Part shown: piece by piece, positions 52,399 to 62,697 of the stretch
How the letters are laid out: each line of letters starts with the position of its first letter
Position numbering within the stretch: the first letter of the stretch is position 1
Origin: Naegleria gruberi
Lineage: Eukaryota
Direction: 5' to 3' (one strand)
Length of the DNA: 64,000 nt
NCBI GenBank assembly: GCA_000004985.1
Contig: GG738845.1
Notes under the pieces: model-generated
Databases searched by the model: none
What the model saw: the letters and a program-made list of their open reading frames with translations, nothing else
Told to the model about the DNA's origin: nothing
Translations under genes and position numbers: made by a program

Positions 52399-52450
52399 TA
52401 AAAATAAAACAGTTACGCTTGTTTAAAAGCAATAAAAAAAGCAAAAAAAA

Positions 52451-53275
52451 ATGAATCAAGACTCGTTGTTCACTCAGTACGTTAGGAGAAAAAACCGAGT
52501 GAGAAGGAAGAAGGCCAGAACTCCAAAACGATTTGCCACTTTATTGCAACAACAACAAATTGAAGAGGTCATAGTTCCATCCTCATCAACAGAGCATTTC
52601 GATGAGGACGAAATAAACTGCCCAACAGAAAGTATCGGAACAAAAAAAACTTCATTCAAAGAAGAAGATATCGAAATAGAAATACCTAGATCTGAAGATT
52701 ATGAATCTGCCAAGGAATCAGATGCCGAATTCAAAGATCCACGAACACCACTCAACCAACTCTTGAGAAAGAGGCATTTTGATTCGTGTGACAAGGAAAA
52801 CTTTGTCCTCTCTACCCGTAAAATTAAATCTATGCTAATGGACGAGGAACAACTCAATTTCCTTCTCTATGCATATGATAAGGAGATTGATATCAAAGTG
52901 AATACCGTTAAGTCCTACACAGAGATCAATTGTAAAATGTTTGAAATGAGGCTAAATATGATTTTAGCTCGTCTTCCTGATTCTGTGAAGAATATGACTG
53001 TTGGAGAATTCCAAGAAAAGTATAACGAAGATGTAAACACCCTCCTCAAGACCAGAGCTGAAGAAAACATTCAAGAGCTAGAAGAGAAATTTGCTAAACT
53101 TAAGAGTTCCGCATCCTCTCACAAGACTCCATCTGTAAATAGGTACCGTGCTTCAGCAATGTTTCCACCTCAATCTAATCTTCAAACACCTCAACACCAA
53201 CAAAAGAAGAAGAAGACAACTAACTTTCTCAATACTCCACTCAACCATAGCAGATTGCAAGCAAATAAAATGTAA
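52451..53275 (+). CDS. Borealin/Nbl1-like protein (chromosomal passenger complex subunit), tentative
   Basis: The central region (KIKSMLMDEEQLNFLLYAYDKEIDIKVNTVKSY...EMRLNMILARLPDSVKNMTVGEF) resembles the Borealin N-terminal domain ([21 protein letters not shown]...EILRLPKALREMNWLDYF). A KEN box (DKENFVL) is present. The product is basic and S/T-rich. The assignment rests on a short motif only. Confidence 0.4.
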   Translation: MNQDSLFTQYVRRKNRVRRKKARTPKRFATLLQQQQIEEVIVPSSSTEHFDEDEINCPTESIGTKKTSFKEEDIEIEIPRSEDYESAKESDAEFKDPRTPLNQLLRKRHFDSCDKENFVLSTRKIKSMLMDEEQLNFLLYAYDKEIDIKVNTVKSYTEINCKMFEMRLNMILARLPDSVKNMTVGEFQEKYNEDVNTLLKTRAEENIQELEEKFAKLKSSASSHKTPSVNRYRASAMFPPQSNLQTPQHQQKKKKTTNFLNTPLNHSRLQANKM

Positions 53276-53293
53276 ATAAGTTAAATTGTTTAT

Positions 53294-56200
53294 TTAATTA
53301 AGAATTCCAGACACGTCTAAATCATCATCATCTTGAGCTGTTTGAGATGCCCTAAATAAAGCTTCTTTAGTGGTTGAGCTTAGTTCTGAAGAGCTCAACT
53401 TTGGAATAGCCACATTCTTCTTTACAAACTCGAGTACGGATGGTTGTGAAATTGGTTGCTTCTTTTTCTTTGTTTCAACTTGTTTGGTAGGTTCTTCTGT
53501 TTGTTTCTCCTCCACTCTCTTTCTCTTCTTGTCTTCACCCCCCAAACTAGAAATTCTGGAAAGAATATTTGAAGAGGTGGAAGACTGATTGTTGGAGTCT
53601 TTGGTCTTGACAGGCTCCTCTGGAGTATTCTTCTCATTTAATGCAAGGAAAGGATTAGAAGATGAGTTACTAACAGAAGTCGATTTAGAGGTGATTTTTT
53701 TCTTTAGATTGTTATCAATGCTCTTCTTCTTTGGTCTCTTTGGAGAAAACATTTGGGCAAGAGGTTTTGCTGATTCAGACTCGAATTGGAACTCCACTTC
53801 ACCATCCAATTTATCCTCTGTAGTATCAGATTTTGTTGGTGAAATAGTGGCTAATGAACGCGATGAAACAGGTGATTGGCTCTCAATTCTTACAGGAGAG
53901 ACTGTATTGATTATTTCTACATTGGTTGAGGAGGTATTGGACTTTAACAATTGTTTCACTACTTCGCTGACTTGCTCTTTTGTCATGTACTGTGTGGAGG
54001 TTGAGGGTGTGGAAACGAAGGCTGATTGTTGATAGGAATGAGGCCATGCTGGGTTCTTTGCAGATTCTTGAACAAAAAGCTCTGTATTCTTAAGTGTCGC
54101 AGAAAGTTTGATATCTTTTTGAGATTCTGCAAAATTGGCAATGATATTCAAGCTTGACTTCATTCTCAATAGTTTAGCAAAATTCAAAGCAGCTGAGTAT
54201 TCTTTAAGCTCTATACATCTGGTAATGATGGTAACTATTAATCTATCAATTTCAACGATACCTTCCTTTGTGGCATTCCCCTTTCTGAAGGATTGATTGA
54301 AATATATATTCTTAATAAAATATCTGAAATACGAAAGTTTAACAGATTTGTCATGGCCTTTTTCTAAATCTATTGATGACCCAATAAATACATCCTCAAC
54401 ATTAGTAGCGTTGAGCTTGAAGGAAGTCATATCATGAGTAGCGGTTGGAACACCTTTTTGATTATTGCATAAAATTGAATAGATAGTACTGTCATTAATA
54501 ATACTAATAAAATGGGTATTTTCTCCCTTTTTCAAATCACACCAAGCAGAGAAAGAGTCAGTATCAGGGTTCATCAAGTACAATATTTGAGTGGAGTCAA
54601 AAACGTAAAGCAAGTCTTTTGTTCCTGTACCGAAACCAATCCAAGCAAGTTCAGAACAAGGTAGAGGTCTGTGTGCCTTTACACATGAAAACATGTTAAT
54701 ATCATACCAATCCAAAAATAAGCATGTACCTTGTTGATAAACAATCACCAAATTATTATCAGATCCACATAATGAAACAATATTTCCTCCAATAGCAATA
54801 TTTCCAAGGTCTAAGTTATCTTTAGTCTTAACCTTTACAAAAGATGTACGAGTACTGCCCTTATTTTCCTTTTCTATTGCAGCAGCAACAAATGAGGAAC
54901 CAAGAGTAACACATAGTATTTTTTCATCATGGGGGAGAATTGATTTCCATCCCTTATCCTGGTGAGTGAGTCTGAGCTTTCTAAATGAAATAACACCATT
55001 ATCATTTAGATTATTAGGATTGGATCCAAACACTATACCATTCTCGCTAAGAGCTGCTACGTGCGGTTTGTTATTATCTTGGTATTTCTCTTCAGAATGA
55101 CCTGCTAAATTAAATTTGATATGAATATTATAGTAAGGAGCTCTGTCAGGTGTCATGTTGGTAACTGAGGCTGTTATTAAGCCAATATGTTGTGTTACAG
55201 CTAGGTATCTTTTGTGATCATTTCCAACCTTTTCAAAAGGAGAAGAAGTTGGTTGAAGAGCTTGGTGCTTGTGCATATATGGAGCAAGAGGAATAGAGGT
55301 TTCAAAAGCGTGATGGGAATCTTCTTTGAATTGAGATTCCACTAGGGTTGGACGATCAAGATCCACTACTTCAAGTGGTTCTATTTCTTCCTGTTCCTCT
55401 AACTCTTCTTCTCTATCATTCAATATCGAATCGATGTCATCATGAATTTTAGGCTTTGATTTGTTTGGGGTTGGTTGTTTTTTTGGAGGCTCTGTTTCTA
55501 TCAAAGACATAATATCATCGTCATCCATCATTTGAAGAGATTTGATATACCTTTCACAATCAACAGCTTTGTATGTTGTTTTTTGCTTTTTTAGATTAAC
55601 AAAATTCTTAATGAGATGAACCTTTCCATCAAGAGTACAAACATAAAACTTGTTGTCTGTAGCTGACCATTCAATAGAGGTCACTAGAGATTTCATTTGA
55701 AGTGATTGATAAGGTCTTGGTCTTTTAGATGTGAGAGAATCAACTTCATACAAGTTGATATTCTTATCTATATCAATCATTGCAGCATGTACAGAGTTTG
55801 GAGAGAAGGATGCAATGTAATTATTTACGTCAATCTTGCCCAGAGATGACTTTTTCCAACCATCAATATCAGTAATAAGAGTAGAGTTGGGAGTTATAAT
55901 AGAATCAGAACACAAGTGCCATGACATAACCAGTGGACATAAGGCGTCTGCCTTGGATTGATTATTCCAAAATGAGAGTAAATCTTTTGAAATATGGTTT
56001 GAGTTTGAAAAGATTTTGTCTTCCTCGTCTAATTTAAATAAACTAAACTCTCTATTTCTGTTCAATAAAGCAATAACATCATTGTCATTAATTTTGACAG
56101 AAACAGTGCCACCTTGGGTTGAAATTGTACGAATGGTTTTTGGCTCCTCATTATTACTAACATCAATAATCTGCACTGATAATTTTTCTGACATACTACC

Positions 56201-56595
56201 AATTGCAATGATATTCTTCCTATTAATACTCAAGCTGGTAATGGTATGGTCAGAGCGAGAAATGAGAGCTTCAAACTCTAATGATGGATATTTGTAGCAA
56301 TTTACTACATTATCCTTTGAACCTACAAATAAATGACATCCATCCAAAGAAAACACTGCACAAGTTGGCTCTTTTTGTTTTGTTTTCACTACTCTTTGAT
56401 CTGCTATTTTATCATCCTTGAGTGATAGCACCATCAATTGGTTATCAGTATCGGTAGTAACGATTGACCTATTCATATGAATAAACTTCTATTATTTGAA
56501 AGTACATACTCTTCAGTTGGGTGATGAACCAACCAGCAACACAAAGAAGATTTAGATTTTCCTCCATTGTTTATCAGTATGGATTGTGAAGCCAT
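53294..56595 (-). CDS. WDHD1: Ctf4 / AND-1 / WDHD1 replisome protein (WD40 plus SepB domain). Two exons: 56510..56595 and 53294..56468.
   Basis: The N-terminal WD repeats align with human WDHD1 (EPTCAVFSLDGCHLFVGSKDNVVNCYKYP...IAIGSMSEKLSVQIIDV). The SepB domain matches (NLVIVYQQGTCLFLD...LPCSELAWIGFGTGTKDLLYVFDSTQILYLMN matches EQLFIVYHRGTGFDGD...LTRKSYLAWIGFSAEGTPCYVDSEGIVRMLN). Exon 1 (MASQSILINNGGKSKSSLCCWLVHHPTE) is joined by a 41-nt GTATGT...AATAG intron in phase 2. Confidence 0.8.
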
Positions 56596-56614
56596 TTTTT
56601 TTGAATTATTTTTT

Positions 56615-56626
56615 AAAATTGGCGGG
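56615..56626. promoter_or_regulatory. E2F-like element (minus-strand reading CCCGCCAATTTT), 20-31 nt upstream of the Ctf4 ATG
   Basis: The plus strand reads aaaattggcggg. Its reverse complement is the TTTCCCGCCAA-type core seen at 44307. Confidence 0.4.
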
Positions 56627-56829
56627 TTCTTAAAAAGAGTGGGAAATAACAATTTGACAGGAAAATAATGTTTTGAAAATATTTTCCAATTCTGACTTAT
56701 AAAATCAATCATTAATTCTTTTTGTCATTAAACAGAACAGTAATACATTAAATAATTATAATTGGTGGTATTGTTATTGTGAATATTGTTAAAATTAAAT
56801 GCTTTTTTTGAAAATAATAAAATAAAAAA

Positions 56830-57501
56830 ATGTTAAAACGATTCGTCCGTTCTGCCTCAATTTGTCAATCATCGATATGCTCTCACCAGCATTCAATCAA
56901 TTTTAAAATAATAACATTATTGAATAGACGTAATTTTCATAATCTTCCTTATTTTCAAGCAATATTGTCGGAAAAGGATTTTGAAAAGTTAGAAAAAGAA
57001 CAACAAACAGAGGAGGATTTAAAACCACAATCAAAATCACCAGAAATTATCACCAATACAACAAGTGAAAATCCATCATCACCACCATTCAACAACTCTG
57101 ATGATCCATCACTATTTGCTGAATTTATGAAAATGAAGAAAAAAGAGGAACACGACATGGAAGGATATAATAACCCTTTCTATAGAGATGTGGATGAAAA
57201 AACAGCTATTGAATACCAAGATGCTATCAATGATAAGGAATCTACCCCATTTCCGACATGGATGATGAATTTCTATAGGGTTGCCTCTATTTCTGTTGTT
57301 GTCATAGTATGTTATGGACTTGTTGTGGCAAAACTAGATGAACAATCGATTAATGAACGATATGCTCTCTTAGAAAAGAAGAGAAACGAAAGAGAGGAAC
57401 AAATGAGAAATATGCAATTTGAATTGGAATTAACAACCTCAGTAAAAGAGAAAAAGAGTCTTTTTTCTGGTTTGAAAGCTCTTGTAGAGGAAGAAAAATA
57501 A
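56830..57501 (+). CDS. Hypothetical mitochondrial-type membrane protein
   Basis: It has a presequence-like N-terminus (MLKRFVRSASICQSSICSHQHS), one TM helix (VASISVVVIVCYGLVVA) and a C-terminal coiled coil. The ATG is in an aataaaaaaATG context. No family was assigned. Confidence 0.4.
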   Translation: MLKRFVRSASICQSSICSHQHSINFKIITLLNRRNFHNLPYFQAILSEKDFEKLEKEQQTEEDLKPQSKSPEIITNTTSENPSSPPFNNSDDPSLFAEFMKMKKKEEHDMEGYNNPFYRDVDEKTAIEYQDAINDKESTPFPTWMMNFYRVASISVVVIVCYGLVVAKLDEQSINERYALLEKKRNEREEQMRNMQFELELTTSVKEKKSLFSGLKALVEEEK

Positions 57502-57630
57502 ATCATTTTCATTCTCTAACAACAATGCTTGCTAAGAGATATCGATGATTTGGGATTCATTCTCAACTTTTTCAATAGGAACAATTTTAATTATTTATAA
57601 TAAATCATTTTTAAAAAATAAATTAAAAAA

Positions 57631-58107
57631 ATGCTAGAATTGTTGAAGGGAAAACCTAAACTTGTCGCGGAACTTATTCAAACGCTACCATTCAGCGCCC
57701 AGCCATTGAAAGTAAATGGACAATGGAGACCAGCAAAGTTAAGAACAAGACAAGTTAAAGCTCTTTATGAAGCTTCTCGTTTACATAATATACCATTCCC
57801 AGAACAACATTTGTCTTTGATGGAAAACCAAGGAACGGAACAACCAAAGAAGCACGGATTCATAAAACCACAACGTTTGAGAGGTGAAGTTAAAAATTAT
57901 AGTGATAGAATTGATAAAATTAACAAGGCTTTGGCTCAACAAACACCAAAGATTGAAAAACACAGAGAAGAGGAACGTGATAAGAGATATAAGGATTGGT
58001 ATGATTTGGGATTATTTGGTAAAGTTTCTACAGATGATCCAAAGAATAAGTATATGGTGGACAAAATTTTGAAGGCTCAAAAGAGTCCAGCCAAGAAAAA
58101 GAAGTAA
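57631..58107 (+). CDS. Hypothetical small basic protein, possibly mitoribosomal or nucleic-acid-binding
   Basis: It is 158 aa and lysine-rich, with a KKKK C-terminus. The ATG is in an aattaaaaaaATG context. No confident homology was found. Confidence 0.35.
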   Translation: MLELLKGKPKLVAELIQTLPFSAQPLKVNGQWRPAKLRTRQVKALYEASRLHNIPFPEQHLSLMENQGTEQPKKHGFIKPQRLRGEVKNYSDRIDKINKALAQQTPKIEKHREEERDKRYKDWYDLGLFGKVSTDDPKNKYMVDKILKAQKSPAKKKK

Positions 58108-58441
58108 ATGATAAATTTGAATATATAGTAATAACCTAATTAAATTGGAATAATCGGAAATTAACTCATCACTTTATTGATAAATAAGGTCTAGTAAAAA
58201 TCACAAAAATTTATTATATTTATTTATTATGTAAGAAATCATTCAATTAAATTGTACCATCCTGTTTTCAGTTCTATTAATATATGAAACCAATAATTTA
58301 GATACTAGTAGCAACAACTTTTTCAATTATTGTAAAGAGGATCCATTATGGTTGGAGCATAAGACGCAGTCCATTCAATTATTCCTCATTCAAAAAAATA
58401 CCTCACTCTGATTGCTTGATAGTCATCCACATCACTCAACA

Positions 58442-59431
58442 ATGGAAAACAAACCATCATCGGAAGCTGTACCAGAAAATGCAAATGAACACTGTCCAGG
58501 TGTAGAAAGTCAAAATGCAGGAAAGTCATCATCTTGTGCTGGATGTCCAAATCAGTCCTTGTGTGCAAGTGGAGGAATGAAGAATGGTATTAACCAAACT
58601 GCTGTAGAAACTGAACAAATCAAGGAAGCTATGAAATCGATCAAAAGAAAGTTTCTAGTTTTATCTGGTAAAGGAGGTGTTGGAAAATCTACTGTTTCCT
58701 CCCAATTAGCTCTCACTATGGCACTTTGTGAAAAGGATAGTGTTCCACAAGTAGGAGTTTTGGACGTAGATTTATGTGGGCCATCTATTCCAACAATGTT
58801 TGGTTTAGAGGGGTATCAATTACATCAAAGTAATTTAGGATGGACACCTGCATACTATGAAGATAATTTGGCTGTTGTTAGTATCGGATTCATGTTACCA
58901 AACAAGGATGATGCTGTAATATGGAGAGGACCAAAGAAGAATGGGTTAATCAAACAATTTTTGAGAGATGTTTATTGGGGAGATTATTTGGATTATCTCA
59001 TTATTGACACACCACCAGGAACAAGTGATGAACACATAACAATTGTTCAATATTTGAAAAATGTGGATATTGATGGAGCTATTATTGTGACAACACCACA
59101 AGATGTCAGTTGTAATGATGTAAGAAGAGAAATTAATTTTTGCAAAAAAGTTGGAATACCAATTATTGGAATAATTGAAAATATGAGTGGTTTTGTTTGT
59201 CCAAATTGTAAGAATAAGGCAATGATTTTTAAACCAACAAGTGGTGGAGGTCAACAATTGGCTATTGATTATGAAATACCATTCTTAGGAAGTATTCCTC
59301 TTGATCCAATGGTTATGCAATCCTGTGAAACTGGTAAAAGCATTGTTAAAGACCATCCTGAATCTCCAGCTTCTCAAGCAATGAAAGAAATTGTTCAAAA
59401 AATAATTACTCACAAAAAGAACAATCAATAA
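58442..59431 (+). CDS. NUBP1: Cytosolic Fe-S cluster assembly factor NUBP1/Nbp35 (Mrp/NBP35 P-loop ATPase)
   Basis: The N-terminal ferredoxin-like 4-Cys motif is [24 protein letters not shown]. The Walker A is [11 protein letters not shown]. Conserved CPNC/CxxC ([10 protein letters not shown]) is present, as are the ParA/Mrp family motifs [10 protein letters not shown] and ENMSGF. Confidence 0.9.
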   Translation: MENKPSSEAVPENANEHCPGVESQNAGKSSSCAGCPNQSLCASGGMKNGINQTAVETEQIKEAMKSIKRKFLVLSGKGGVGKSTVSSQLALTMALCEKDSVPQVGVLDVDLCGPSIPTMFGLEGYQLHQSNLGWTPAYYEDNLAVVSIGFMLPNKDDAVIWRGPKKNGLIKQFLRDVYWGDYLDYLIIDTPPGTSDEHITIVQYLKNVDIDGAIIVTTPQDVSCNDVRREINFCKKVGIPIIGIIENMSGFVCPNCKNKAMIFKPTSGGGQQLAIDYEIPFLGSIPLDPMVMQSCETGKSIVKDHPESPASQAMKEIVQKIITHKKNNQ

Positions 59432-59734
59432 ATGTAAATACTATTCTCTCTTCATACCCTGTTCTAGATTAAAATTCTTCTTCCAACAATGTAGATTCTC
59501 AAATATTGAGCATAACATTGTGGTAGAATAAAATTAGGGCTACTTACCTCTTCAATCAACGATTATAAAAATAAAATACGATAAAAACACACGACAACAG
59601 GTCAGCAAAGTAAAGAGTTCGTTTGGAGTCAAGGGGTTTCCCTCTTATACAAGAAGGAAGACAGAATTGAGAGGCCAAAGCCAGCTGCAACTCCGTTAAG
59701 GGTTTTGAATAACATTAGGGTTACTAAGTGTCAT

Positions 59735-60874
59735 TCAGAAAAAGTCTCCACTTTCAGAAGAACTGTCAGTGAAGGTGGATGGTTGATTAGCCATCACAAT
59801 AGCATCAGATCCAAAGCACTTTGCAAACTTATTAATAATAGTTTGCATTGCAATCTTCTTCTCTTCATCAGCAAATTTATGAGCCAACTCAAAACATTTG
59901 TCAAGTTGACTAGTGAAATCATTAAACTCTTTTTCTTGAGCTTCCTTGATTTTCTTACTTTTAAGCTCTTTAGCTTCTTCTCTCATTCTTTTAGTCTTGT
60001 TTGGTTTGCGTGCGTAAACTTTGAGAGGACAAGATCTCTTAATCAAAATTGGATTATCCAATTTATCATTCAAGTAAAACTTGAGTTCAAGAGCAACCAA
60101 CTTTTTCTCTTGATGGTAGGAATAATCGAATTGAATTTTCATTTTACATTCAAATTCATCAGCATTCTTACTGGTTGGATCCTTGGTTAAGGCTGATTCA
60201 ATATTACCTTTGAGCACTGGTTTAGCTAATTTGATTTCCTTATTAGTTTCAGCATCAACAACAGTGGCACGACACAAAAGCAATGGAACAGTAGTAAGGA
60301 AGTTACCACTTGCCTTTTGAATAATTTCATACTTCAAGGAAGAATACATCTTTTCAGGAAGGTATTCAGAAGGTTTATCCCTTCTAGTTTTCAATAAAAC
60401 TTGAGTATCCAAGTTACCAGCAGATTCATCAACATGAATAGTTTTCCACACACGTTCAGAGGTGGAAACAGGAGTAGAGTCCTTCTTTTTCTTGGAAGCA
60501 ATAATCTTTTTTCTCTTTTGAGTAGATTGATCTTCATCTTCATCATTAACAGAGGACATATCGTTAGAGTCAGTACTGCTATCATCTAGATGAGCGTTTT
60601 GTACTTCAAAGAAGGAAGAAAACAAGTCAGTCTTAACTTCACCGGATGGAGATGGTTGAAAGTCATACATCAAGGATTGGAAGGTATTATCCAATTCATT
60701 GGTAGCCTGTTTGGAAGTACCAGAAACAAGGATAGCAGGAGTGCCCAATACAATTTGTTGGGTATCAATGGAGAGAGTATTCTTCTTGGAACTAACAGGA
60801 GTGGTTGGATCCAAAGAGAAAAAGTCGAATGGCTCGTCAAAGAAGGCAAAGTCGGTTGGGGTTTCAGCAAACAT
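59735..60874 (-). CDS. Hypothetical protein, probably nuclear (acidic N-terminus, basic KR-rich central and C-terminal regions)
   Basis: It is a 379-aa ORF. Residues 1-110 are acidic and S/T/D-rich. It has a KRKKIIASKKKK NLS-like stretch and a beta-rich middle segment. No confident family was found; a DNA-binding fold is speculation. Confidence 0.4.
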   Translation of the reverse strand: MFAETPTDFAFFDEPFDFFSLDPTTPVSSKKNTLSIDTQQIVLGTPAILVSGTSKQATNELDNTFQSLMYDFQPSPSGEVKTDLFSSFFEVQNAHLDDSSTDSNDMSSVNDEDEDQSTQKRKKIIASKKKKDSTPVSTSERVWKTIHVDESAGNLDTQVLLKTRRDKPSEYLPEKMYSSLKYEIIQKASGNFLTTVPLLLCRATVVDAETNKEIKLAKPVLKGNIESALTKDPTSKNADEFECKMKIQFDYSYHQEKKLVALELKFYLNDKLDNPILIKRSCPLKVYARKPNKTKRMREEAKELKSKKIKEAQEKEFNDFTSQLDKCFELAHKFADEEKKIAMQTIINKFAKCFGSDAIVMANQPSTFTDSSSESGDFF

Positions 60875-61011
60875 TTTTAAAAGGGAATAATTTTGTTGTA
60901 TTGATTGTTCAATTTAGTGATTGTGTAATAATTATTAAAAAAGTGGCTATTTGATGATAATTAAAGGTTTAATAATGAGCGATATGGAGAGTGAGTTGTT
61001 CGAGATATTTT

Positions 61012-61278
61012 TCATCCTTGTTGTTTATTAAAAATAAAACTCGCGTCAGTTTTTAAAGGTGAACAAGCTGGAAGATATTTTACAATTAATTCTAAAAATA
61101 ATAGCCAATAATTGTCTACGAAACGTGCTGTTACAATCTCTCTTTCAGTGCGTTTTTGAATTTGCTCTTGTTCATCCATGTTTTTTAGAATAATGTAATT
61201 AAGAAATGTTAAAAAACATGACTCTACATCTAACAGGCTGAGATGATCTTCAAGTTCTGCAGTTACAAATAATTCCAT
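61012..61278 (-). CDS. Small hypothetical protein of about 88 aa
   Basis: This is ORF 61012..61311 trimmed to the Met of MELFVTAELEDHL. It is helical and hydrophobic-patterned. No homology was recognised, and it could be part of a split gene. Confidence 0.3.
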   Translation of the reverse strand: MELFVTAELEDHLSLLDVESCFLTFLNYIILKNMDEQEQIQKRTEREIVTARFVDNYWLLFLELIVKYLPACSPLKTDASFIFNKQQG

Positions 61279-61667
61279 ATTATGTATACCTATTGACTCC
61301 CTTTTCAGCAAAAGACAGGCTTCTCATCTGGATTCTTCAATAACTTGTTTAAAATTTTGTCATTTCGATAGAATTCTTGTTAAACAACGGTATCGATTTC
61401 AGTATAATACTATCACTTCAAAGAGTAACAGAACGTGTCAAACATTGCAATAGTGAACTTTTACAAAAATCCCCACAATTTCAGATTATATTAAATAAAC
61501 ATTGAAAAGCAATTATTTGTTGTATTTTAGATTTAGTGTGGAACAAACATCTGTCCTGACTTCAATAACAAATTTTCACTCGCTGCTGTCTGTGGCTGTA
61601 GTGCAAAATAATAATTGCAACAAATTTAATTTAAATGATTCAAGTAAAATAAAATATTGCAGAAAAA

Positions 61668-62627
61668 ATGAAGAGAACAACACCAGCTGCCTCATCATCT
61701 AGAGGTGTGTCATCATCGGCAGCTACATCAAATACAATAACTGAAGGTCCAAAAGTACAAATTTTAAATGATGAACAAAGAAAATTAACAGTGGTATATA
61801 TGAAACAAATCATAAAAGAATTATCACAACATTCGGATGGTATTATGGATGGTGTACTTCGAGAAAAATTTTCAGACCAAATGGTTTTTATGGAAAGCAT
61901 AAATCAATTGAATATTAAAGGAAGAATTCGACACTTTAAAGTTGGAAAGAATATAATATTCCAACATGTTTCAAAGGAAGATTCTGTAAAATATAAAGGA
62001 TTGACTGATGAACAAATTGGAATTTATCAAATGATTGAACTTTCCGGAAACAAGGGTATTTGGAAAAAGAGCATTTCTAAAAAAGCCAAAAAGAATGAAA
62101 AGGACCTTGAAAAGATATTAAAAGCTCTTGAATCTAAGCAATTAATTAGAAAAATTTCAGACATTACACAAAAGAAGGGAACTCAGATTGTTTATATAGC
62201 TTCACATATAGAACCTAGTAAGGAGATTACAGGAGGTATTTGGTATATTGATGGAAAATTTAATTCGGAACTTGTTGATAAACTGAGAACAGAAACCATA
62301 ACTTATTTAGAAAAGAAACCAAAGAGAACACATGAAGTATTGGAACATATTAAATCTTTGGCTATTATAGATCATGTTGATTTGGGATCAGATGATATGC
62401 AACAAGTTATTGACACTTTGGTTTTTGATGGATTTTTAGAGAAAATTATTGATAATAATAATGTGGGAAATCAATCTCTTTACAGAGTTGCCCTATCAAG
62501 TGTTTCAACAGAAAACGCTTTTGTGGATATTCCTTGTTCTACTTGTCCAGTATTTGATCAATGTACAGAAAATGGAGATATTACTCCAAAGACTTGTCCT
62601 TATTTGAAAAAGTGGATGGATTTTTAA
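61668..62627 (+). CDS. POLR3F: RNA polymerase III subunit RPC34/C34 (POLR3F)
   Basis: GIWKKSISKKAKKNEKDLEKILKALESKQLIRKISDI matches human GIWSRDIRYKSNLPLTEINKILKNLESKKLIKAVKSV. TGGIWYIDGKFNSELV matches TGGAWYSDQDFESEFV. The C-terminal IPCSTCPVFDQCTENGDITPKTCPYLKKWMDF matches APCGLCPVFDDCHEGGEISPSNCIYMTEWLEF. Confidence 0.85.
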   Translation: MKRTTPAASSSRGVSSSAATSNTITEGPKVQILNDEQRKLTVVYMKQIIKELSQHSDGIMDGVLREKFSDQMVFMESINQLNIKGRIRHFKVGKNIIFQHVSKEDSVKYKGLTDEQIGIYQMIELSGNKGIWKKSISKKAKKNEKDLEKILKALESKQLIRKISDITQKKGTQIVYIASHIEPSKEITGGIWYIDGKFNSELVDKLRTETITYLEKKPKRTHEVLEHIKSLAIIDHVDLGSDDMQQVIDTLVFDGFLEKIIDNNNVGNQSLYRVALSSVSTENAFVDIPCSTCPVFDQCTENGDITPKTCPYLKKWMDF

Positions 62628-62697
62628 ACAATAAATTGTACAATCAAATTTTATTAAAAGCACCTCTTCAAGATAATTTTGGATAAATTCAAAAAAA

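Noticed and set aside
59543-59553. CTACTTACCTC as the 5' end of a U1 snRNA gene
   Set aside because: The downstream sequence is A-rich and lacks the conserved U1 stem-loop I/II loops (GAUCACGAAGG, AUUGCAC) and a clean Sm site. It is kept only as a low-confidence ncRNA candidate.
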